From positions 32,001-96,000 of the forward strand of contig JBBSWH010000011.1 in NCBI GenBank assembly GCA_038046385.1: a DNA stretch of 64,000 nucleotides, in the 5' to 3' direction. This document shows, in pieces, positions 56,989 to 64,000 of the stretch. The translations under genes and the position numbers were made by a program. The notes beneath the pieces were generated by a model, which saw only the letters and a list, made by a program, of their open reading frames with translations, made no database searches and had not been told where the DNA came from. Source of the stretch: Nanobdellota archaeon. Its GTDB lineage: Archaea > Nanobdellota > Nanobdellia > Woesearchaeales > GW2011-AR4. Every line of letters starts with the position of its first letter. Position 1 is the stretch's first letter.

Positions 56989-59409
56989 ATGGAACTTTCA
57001 AAAAACTATAATCCGAAGGAATCAGAATTAAAATGGCTGGAGTTCTGGGAAAGGGAGAAAATATATTCTTTTAACCCGGACAGTGATGCAGAAATATTCT
57101 CAATAGACACTCCGCCGCCAACAGTTTCCGGCAAGATGCACATAGGACATTCGTTCTCATACTCTCAGCAGGATTTCATCGCAAGATTCCACAGAATGCG
57201 CGGAAAGAACATTTTCTATCCCTTTGGAACAGATGACAACGGATTGGCTACAGAAAGAATGATAGAGAAAATGAAAAATGTAAAAGGCCAGTTCATGAAA
57301 AGAAAGGAATTTGTTGACTTATGCCTTAAAACACTCGAAGAGATAAGGCCAGATTTTGTTATTGACTGGAAAAGAATCGGAATAAGCGCAGACTTCAACA
57401 TCTTTTATACAACAATCAATGAGCATTCCCAAAAAACATCCCAGAATTCTTTTATTGACCTGTACAAAAAAAATAGAATTTACAGAAAAAAAGCCCCTAT
57501 AATGTTTTGCCCAAACTGCATGACTGCAATCGCCCAGGTCGAGATGAAAGATTCAGAAAGAGAATCAAATCTTGTTTACATAAAAGCAGATGTTGAAGGC
57601 ACAAATGAGCATTTGGTTTTTGCAACAACAAGGCCGGAATTGATTTACGGCTGCGTCGGTGTTTCAGTTCATCCGGAAGACAAAAGATATTCTCATCTTA
57701 TCGGAAAAAAAGTAAAAATTCCTTTAATCAGCAGAAGCGTTGAGTTGATTCCGGATGAAATGACAGATATGGAATACGGAAGCGGTGTTGTTTATTACTG
57801 CACTTATGGAGGTGTTGACTGCATAGACTGGATGATGCGCCATCCGAAAATAAGCCCTATTGATATAATGGGAACAGACGGAAGGTACAACGAGCATTCT
57901 GGAACAATAAAGGGGATGAAGAGCGGAGAAGCAAGAAAAAAAATAATTGAAGAGCTGGAAAAAGATGGCTCATTGGTCAAGCTGGAAAAAATAAAGCACA
58001 CTGTTAATGTTCACGAAAGATGCGATACAGACATAGAGTATGTATCGACGTGGCAATGGTACATAAGATACCTCGATCTTAAAGGGGATTTTATAAAAAA
58101 AGGCCGCGAGATAAAATGGTATCCCGACCATATGCGTTCAAGATATGAGAACTGGATTAGCGGCTTAAAGTGGGACTGGAACATCTCAAGGCAGAGGCAT
58201 TTTGGAGTACCGATACCGGTGTGGTTCTGTTCAAAGTGCAGCGAGATAAATGTTGCTGACGAAAAACAATTGCCAGTTGATCCGCTAGTTGACAAACCGA
58301 TTCATAAGTGCAAGTGCGGCTCAGATGAATTTATTCCTGAAAAGGATGTTCTCGACACATGGGCAACTTCATCTTTGACTCCGGACATTGCGATAGGCCT
58401 GTTTGACAAGAAAACACATTCAAAACTGTCTCCAATGAGCTTAAGGCCGCAGGCGCATGATATAATAACATTCTGGCTGTTCAATACTGTTGTTAAGAGT
58501 TATTTCCACCATAATGATGTTCCATGGAAAAACATAATGATCTCAGGCTGGGCTCTTGATCCGCACGGAAAGAAAATGAGCAAGAGCAAGGGAAATACTG
58601 TCGATCCAAGAGATGTTATTGGCAAGTATTCGGCAGATGCATTAAGGTTCTGGGCAGCTGGCTCAAGATTAGGCGACGATATGCCGTTCCAGGAAAAAGA
58701 CCTTGTGACAGGCTCAAAGTTTACAACAAAAATATGGAATGCTTCAAAGTTTGCATTCATGCACCTTGTAGACTATAATCTTGAGAAGCCTGCAAAGCTT
58801 GAAGTAATGGACAGATGGATATTATCAAAATTAAGCAAGATTGTAAAAGATGTTACAGAAAATTTTGAAAACTATGAATATTCGCATACAAAACTGGCGA
58901 CAGAAACATTCTTCTGGCATACCTTCTGCGACAACTATCTTGAACTTGTAAAAGACCGTTTTTATAACACCGAAACAAGGAGCAAAGACGAGAAAATATC
59001 TGCCCAGTACGGATTATATAATTCTCTTCTTACAGTAATAAAAATTATGGCGCCAATAATGCCGTTCATAACAGAAGAGCTTTATCAGACTTACTTCAGA
59101 AAGCACGATGGATCAAAAAGCGTTCATATCTCAAAATGGCCTGTGCTTGACATGGTTGACGAGCACGCAGAGCACATTGGTGATTTTGTGGTTGAAGTTG
59201 TAGAGTTCGCAAGAAAGAAAAAAACAGAAAAGCAGGTTTCATTAAAAACACCGATAAAGAAACTGACAATCAAAGCAAGCATAGAGGAAACAGATTTTGA
59301 AACGGTTGAAGCAGACATAAAAGCTGCAACATCCTCTGAAAACATCGTGTTTGAGCCGATGCGCGGCCACAATCCTGAGCACAAGACCGAGATAGAAATT
59401 GAGTTTTGA
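56989..59409 (+). CDS. valS: Valine-tRNA ligase
   Basis: DTPPPTVSG.MHIGH, WNISRQR, KMSKS; start re-assigned to MELSKNY. Confidence 0.96.
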   Translation: MELSKNYNPKESELKWLEFWEREKIYSFNPDSDAEIFSIDTPPPTVSGKMHIGHSFSYSQQDFIARFHRMRGKNIFYPFGTDDNGLATERMIEKMKNVKGQFMKRKEFVDLCLKTLEEIRPDFVIDWKRIGISADFNIFYTTINEHSQKTSQNSFIDLYKKNRIYRKKAPIMFCPNCMTAIAQVEMKDSERESNLVYIKADVEGTNEHLVFATTRPELIYGCVGVSVHPEDKRYSHLIGKKVKIPLISRSVELIPDEMTDMEYGSGVVYYCTYGGVDCIDWMMRHPKISPIDIMGTDGRYNEHSGTIKGMKSGEARKKIIEELEKDGSLVKLEKIKHTVNVHERCDTDIEYVSTWQWYIRYLDLKGDFIKKGREIKWYPDHMRSRYENWISGLKWDWNISRQRHFGVPIPVWFCSKCSEINVADEKQLPVDPLVDKPIHKCKCGSDEFIPEKDVLDTWATSSLTPDIAIGLFDKKTHSKLSPMSLRPQAHDIITFWLFNTVVKSYFHHNDVPWKNIMISGWALDPHGKKMSKSKGNTVDPRDVIGKYSADALRFWAAGSRLGDDMPFQEKDLVTGSKFTTKIWNASKFAFMHLVDYNLEKPAKLEVMDRWILSKLSKIVKDVTENFENYEYSHTKLATETFFWHTFCDNYLELVKDRFYNTETRSKDEKISAQYGLYNSLLTVIKIMAPIMPFITEELYQTYFRKHDGSKSVHISKWPVLDMVDEHAEHIGDFVVEVVEFARKKKTEKQVSLKTPIKKLTIKASIEETDFETVEADIKAATSSENIVFEPMRGHNPEHKTEIEIEF

Positions 59410-59458
59410 AATATTTCGACAGGTTTAAAAATAAGATTCTATTCCTACTATTGGGTGG

Positions 59459-59977
59459 TTGATAATGAGTTTAGACAGTTTAACAGGAAGAGAATTTGAA
59501 AAACAGGAAAGAAGAAGGACAAAACGTGCAAGTGATAAAGCTACACGTCCTAGCCAAATACTTTTTGGCGACCAAACTACAGAAGTTATATACGGTAAAA
59601 GATTCTCGAGTGCTAACGGCACATTTAATCCAAATAAACGTCAAATTCATAAGGTGGACGGGTTAGTTGAAGCTGTAAAAAGCCCAAACCCGAAATGGAT
59701 ATACGCAGCGGAAATCTTACAGGATTTAGGTAAGTACAAAACATCAACATTTCCAAGCACTTCTTTTTATGAAGGGTTTTTGGTGCAAATGGGTGCTATT
59801 GTTTCTCAAAGGTTGCCGGTTGTCGTTTACATAGAAAGGAATGAAAGCAAATTACCAATTGGATATTCAATAAGACCATACCAACCGCATCAAAAAGCTG
59901 TAGCTCCAGTTATTGTTGAGGCTAGTGAAGGTGAACATCAGAAACCACCTTATGTACGCGAATCACGTCGTCGTTAA
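59459..59977 (+). CDS. Hypothetical protein
   Basis: ORF with upstream TATA. Confidence 0.55.
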   Translation: MIMSLDSLTGREFEKQERRRTKRASDKATRPSQILFGDQTTEVIYGKRFSSANGTFNPNKRQIHKVDGLVEAVKSPNPKWIYAAEILQDLGKYKTSTFPSTSFYEGFLVQMGAIVSQRLPVVVYIERNESKLPIGYSIRPYQPHQKAVAPVIVEASEGEHQKPPYVRESRRR

Positions 59978-60109
59978 ACAACATCATTGAGGACTTCAGT
60001 TGGAGTATGGTTAAGACAAAATTAGATTGTATGATTCAGACTTTAAAAAAGTTTAAATATACTTAACCTAAATTATATTTTTTATATAACTTTTAGTGGA
60101 GGGTTTAAA

Positions 60110-60634
60110 ATGAGTTTAAAATTAATTTTGACAAGAAATGAGAATATGAAGCCAAAGCCTGCAAGAACAAATTCCGGAATTCATGGGAATACTGTGTTGC
60201 AGTTAGAAGAAATAGGCGGTGTGGCTTCTTCTGGAGTTCCAACTAGTTTTAATGAAGATAGAATATTAGCAGAACACAGGGAATTAAACAGGATGGCTCC
60301 TAGTTTGTTTAAGAGACATCAATTGTCAGATGTTGTTTACCTATTGGATGAGTACGGAATTGATGCAGTTATAGAAGGCTACCATGCATCACAAATAACT
60401 GGCTTTCCATTGGAATATGAAGTAATGATGTGCTCAACCCAGCCAGCAGACGATGGAAAAGATTTAATGGACCCGGACATTTTAGAAATAATGGTTCAAG
60501 ACCAAAGCAGAGGACCACTAAGCCCAACACCATGGGAGATATTTAGTCAAGGTGCTCATCGAATAGTCAAAAGAAAATCTTTGGTAGGACTCGGATTCGA
60601 GTATGGCTCAAAGCATCCTTTGGATTTGACATAA
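60110..60634 (+). CDS. Hypothetical protein
   Basis: TATA and GGAGG SD. Confidence 0.6.
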   Translation: MSLKLILTRNENMKPKPARTNSGIHGNTVLQLEEIGGVASSGVPTSFNEDRILAEHRELNRMAPSLFKRHQLSDVVYLLDEYGIDAVIEGYHASQITGFPLEYEVMMCSTQPADDGKDLMDPDILEIMVQDQSRGPLSPTPWEIFSQGAHRIVKRKSLVGLGFEYGSKHPLDLT

Positions 60635-60670
60635 TTTTTTAATTTAAAAAAATCCAAATCAAACACTTCT

Positions 60671-60997
60671 CTAAGCAGCAATATCTTCAAGGCCAAGAGT
60701 GTATTTTACTATTACTCGTTCTGCTATGTATTCTCCATTCCAGCGGAAAAAATCCGTATCACTTCTTAATCTAAGCTCACCTACTCTTGCAAATTCCTTG
60801 TTCAAATAATAATCAAAAGCCCTCATTTCAGTTTCAGATCTCTCTGGCCCGTCATTTCTTGCAATATTATTTGACCAAGTTCTGAAAGAGGCAAGGTACT
60901 TAGGAATATAATGCCTCAATCCGTTTTCATCAAGACTCTGTGGTCTTGTAAAATCCCCAAAAAGAGTACTGGGACTTGTTAATACTGGTTCTGCCAT
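60671..60997 (-). CDS. Hypothetical protein
   Basis: Starts 1 bp after the cysS stop. Confidence 0.55.
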   Translation of the reverse strand: MAEPVLTSPSTLFGDFTRPQSLDENGLRHYIPKYLASFRTWSNNIARNDGPERSETEMRAFDYYLNKEFARVGELRLRSDTDFFRWNGEYIAERVIVKYTLGLEDIAA

Positions 60998-60998
60998 T

Positions 60999-62393
60999 CT
61001 AACCCACCTTCCATCTTACACCCTCTTTTGTATCCTCAAGGATAACCCCTTTGCTTTTTAAAGTTTCCCTTATCTCATCCGCCTTTTTGAAGTTTTTCTC
61101 TTTTCGCGCTTTCTCTCTTTCATCAATCATCTTTTGGACTTCAGAGTCGACTTCTTTTTGCTCTTCAAGAATCCCAAGGACTTTGTCAAAATCCTGCATT
61201 AATCCCATAATCTTATCAGCATCGTTCTTGCCAATCTTTCCTTCCATCATCAGCGTATTTATTTCTTTTACAAAATCAAAAACATGCGACAATGCTCCGC
61301 TTATGTTGATGTCATCATCCATTTCTTTCTCAAACAGCTTCTTTGTTTTGTCAATTAATTTTACAATATCTTTATTTTCATCATTATTTTTTATCTCATT
61401 CAATTTCAGCATAAAATCATTTAATCTTTGCACAGCGCTTTCAGACGCTTTTACAGCATCTTCTGTAAAATTCAATTGCATCCTGTAGTTTGCAGACAAA
61501 AGAAGGTACCTTATCGAGCTTGCCTTGTACCCTTTTGCTAGCAAATCCCTTAAAGTGTAAAAATTGCCAAGAGACTTTGACATTTTCTTCCCTTCAACAA
61601 GAAGGTGCTCGTTATGTACCCAGTAGTTTGCAAAATGCTCGTGAGTATAAGCCTCGCTTTGCGCAATCTCATTCTCGTGATGCGGAAACACAAGATCTAT
61701 TCCTCCGGCGTGTATGTCAAAATGGTTTCCAAGATGTTTTATTGACATTGCACTGCATTCTATATGCCATCCCGGCCTTCCTTTGCCTATTTCAGTGTCC
61801 CAGAAAACATTTCCATCATCTTTATCGTACGATTTCCATAATGCAAAATCTTTTGCCTCTTCTTTTTCGTAAGAATCATGTTTTACCCTTGCGCCTTCCA
61901 TCAAATCTGCAACTTTTGTTTTGGACAATTTTCCATAACCCTTGAATTTAGAAATATTGTAATAAACGCTTCCGTCATCGCTTTTGTAAGCAATTCCGTC
62001 TTCAAGCATTTTTTTTATCATGGAAACAATTTCTTCGATATAATCAGTTGCTCTCGGAAAAACATCTGCTTTTGCTATGTTCAGCGCTTCCAAATCCTCG
62101 AAGAATGCCTTTTCATACCTTGAAGTATACTCTTTCAATGAAATTTTTTCTTTGTTCGCGCCCTTTATTGTCTTGTCATCAACATCGGTTATGTTCATCA
62201 CATGCTTGATATGGTATCCGGAGTACTTCAAATATCGCTTAAGAATATCACTGCATATGTAAGCCCTAAAGTTGCCGATGTGGGCATAATCATAAACAGT
62301 CGGGCCACAAGTATACATACCAACCATCTTGTCCTTTATCGGCTTGAAGGTTTCTTTCTTCCTTGTGAGGGTATTGTAAATTTTCAATGCCAT
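60999..62393 (-). CDS. cysS: Cysteine-tRNA ligase
   Basis: CGPTVY..AHIGN, GRPGWHIECS, FPHHENE, KMSKS. Confidence 0.96.
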   Translation of the reverse strand: MALKIYNTLTRKKETFKPIKDKMVGMYTCGPTVYDYAHIGNFRAYICSDILKRYLKYSGYHIKHVMNITDVDDKTIKGANKEKISLKEYTSRYEKAFFEDLEALNIAKADVFPRATDYIEEIVSMIKKMLEDGIAYKSDDGSVYYNISKFKGYGKLSKTKVADLMEGARVKHDSYEKEEAKDFALWKSYDKDDGNVFWDTEIGKGRPGWHIECSAMSIKHLGNHFDIHAGGIDLVFPHHENEIAQSEAYTHEHFANYWVHNEHLLVEGKKMSKSLGNFYTLRDLLAKGYKASSIRYLLLSANYRMQLNFTEDAVKASESAVQRLNDFMLKLNEIKNNDENKDIVKLIDKTKKLFEKEMDDDINISGALSHVFDFVKEINTLMMEGKIGKNDADKIMGLMQDFDKVLGILEEQKEVDSEVQKMIDEREKARKEKNFKKADEIRETLKSKGVILEDTKEGVRWKVG

Positions 62394-62425
62394 TTTGGAT
62401 TCATTGTCAAAATTCTTTAATAAGT

Positions 62426-62719
62426 TTATGATACTTGGTGCACTTCTGCAAGATAATGCGGCTTTGAACCCCTAAATAGCTGCTCAGCCAATACAACTAC
62501 ATTATAATCCCTGCCGCCAGAAACTACTCTGTGTATTCCTGGCATTGGATTGGCAGATTCTATTGCTCCTAAAATATCTGACAAAGAAATGCCGGTATTT
62601 CTTGACATCTCATTATTTGAGTTGAATGCAATTCCAGATGAATGAAAAACATTCCCTCCTGCATCCATGTAGCCTAATATTTGGTCATGGCATCCTATCA
62701 TCATGTAACTTTCGCACAT
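62426..62719 (-). CDS. Hypothetical protein
   Basis: GGAGA SD; lies between tRNA-Cys and cysS. Confidence 0.5.
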   Translation of the reverse strand: MCESYMMIGCHDQILGYMDAGGNVFHSSGIAFNSNNEMSRNTGISLSDILGAIESANPMPGIHRVVSGGRDYNVVVLAEQLFRGSKPHYLAEVHQVS

Positions 62720-62771
62720 AGTATATCATCTCCGTTGATTTTTAGTTTTATCAAGTCAAAAATAAAAAAAG

Positions 62772-62887
62772 AGCGAGGGATGGGACTCGAACCCATGATA
62801 AAGCGGGAATTGCGCACGTCATCGCCGATTTCTCGGCTCATATGGCTGCTTTGCAGCCGCTCCCCTTAGCCGCTTGGGCACCCTCGC
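62772..62887 (-). tRNA. tRNA-Cys(GCA) with 43-nt intron at 37/38 (intron ~62808-62850)
   Basis: Acceptor GCGAGGG/CCCTCGC with U73, anticodon stem AGCGG/CCGCT, T-arm ATGGG-TTCGAGT-CCCAT, relaxed BHB. Confidence 0.9.
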
Positions 62888-63330
62888 AAATGTGAGAACT
62901 ATCTAAAAGCAACAACAACCAAGGTAATAATTTATGTTCATAAATCTACTGTGATTGTGCAGGATATTTAAAACTTTAGTTTCATTCATAATTTTACTTG
63001 AATTTTGATTCTTCTGTTCTGTTATTAAAATCCACGGACATAAGGCTGCTTAAAAAATCACGTTCGCGTTCCGCAGCCTTGTCTAGGTTTATTTTTTGTT
63101 CCAATTTTAACACCTCTGGTTTTTTAGAAAAAAATTAAAATTGGCAATCAGCACATATACCAATTGTGTTTAGGACTAATAATAAGAATTCTCATCCCAA
63201 ACTTTGTGCATTTTGCCATTTCGATTATAATCATTTTTTCGTTCTTTTATTTAAATCTTTTGTTTCTGCTATAACTATTCTTGTATATTCTTATATAAAT
63301 ACTCTATTGTTAATTTTATTCCTATAAGAA

Positions 63331-64000
63331 TTAACGTTGTTTGTTTATCTCACTCAGCTGCTTAAGCAGGTTGCACGAGTCTTTCTGCTGCTGCTGCACT
63401 ATATTTTCGCATACAGAATAATCTTTCAAGTCAATTGCAAAATACATATAGCAGGAATCTTTTTTGGCGTCTGCTCCAATCAGGCTGCAGATTTCTTTGT
63501 CTTTGCCTGCTTTGGCGACGTTGTAATAGCAAAGGTCTTTTATCTTCGGATTCAATATCTGGGTGCAGTAGCTTTTGTCTGACTGTGATTCTGCAACATT
63601 GCCTATGCATGTGTCTTTATTATCCGGAACTTGCATTTTACTGCACTCCTGCATTGCCTTGTTAGGGTCAGTTTTTGCAACTGATGATGTATCTTCAGGA
63701 ACTTCTTCTGTAACCGAAGGCTTGCTTGGAACATCTGCTTCTTTCTTGCAGTCAGCAGCGCAGTTTTCATTTTCCTCGCATATGCTGTTGCCGCAGCACG
63801 GCACAATTTTTTTGTAGGAGCACTTTCCATTATCTTTAATGTCTTCCGTGCATGCATTATTATCGTTGCAGTCTATTTTTTTAACTTCTTCCTGCGGAGG
63901 CTGTTCTGAAGGCGTTTCTTTTGCATCTGCATTTTCAGTAACTTTAATCGGAAGCGTTGCAATTGCCTTTTTGCCGTCGTAAGTTGCTGTCGCCCTTAAA
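63331..64000 (-). CDS. Cys-rich probable surface protein (5' end outside window)
   Basis: Frame is open to the window edge; CNDNNACTED, CCGNSICE and repeated C..I....KD.C. Confidence 0.75.
   Translation of the reverse strand, partial: LRATATYDGKKAIATLPIKVTENADAKETPSEQPPQEEVKKIDCNDNNACTEDIKDNGKCSYKKIVPCCGNSICEENENCAADCKKEADVPSKPSVTEEVPEDTSSVAKTDPNKAMQECSKMQVPDNKDTCIGNVAESQSDKSYCTQILNPKIKDLCYYNVAKAGKDKEICSLIGADAKKDSCYMYFAIDLKDYSVCENIVQQQQKDSCNLLKQLSEINKQR

Noticed and set aside
62995-63105. Possible 36-aa minus-strand ORF (MEQKINLDKAAERE...) with GAGGTG SD
   Set aside because: Short, TTG start and no recognisable motif; plausible but not supportable.

Overview
Archaeal chromosome segment, most likely a DPANN archaeon (Woesearchaeota-like, inferred from gene content). 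Supporting markers are Rpo11, RFC-L, PAC2, an archaeal RecJ/GAN, an intron-containing tRNA-Cys and TATA-box promoters. Housekeeping genes include uppS, rpoL, xerA, proCAB, trxB, pepA, dtxR-mntH, nth, ogg, two class II RNRs with cobO, glyS, rfcL, valS and cysS, interleaved with orphan ORFs and toxin-antitoxin pairs. Most interesting unexplained items: (1) a module at 12.8-16.9 kb with an 11-bp-phased TCCYA array, two coiled-coil/wHTH genes, XerA, a dif/loxP-like site and a 1-kb non-coding block; (2) an ATPase-led four-gene operon with two paralogues sharing an unrecognised 'NPAFDR' domain, divergent from three Mpv17-like membrane paralogues alternating with RHH genes; (3) a copper/thiol-redox envelope cluster with a duplicated C-terminal PSSLDNLPGMVGGC tail; (4) three families of dispersed hairpin elements with covarying stems and a ~125-nt candidate ncRNA; (5) proC 5' fragments bracketing inserted genes; (6) a degenerate second NrdJ and NrdR-like boxes. 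All calls come from reading the sequence; no searches were run.
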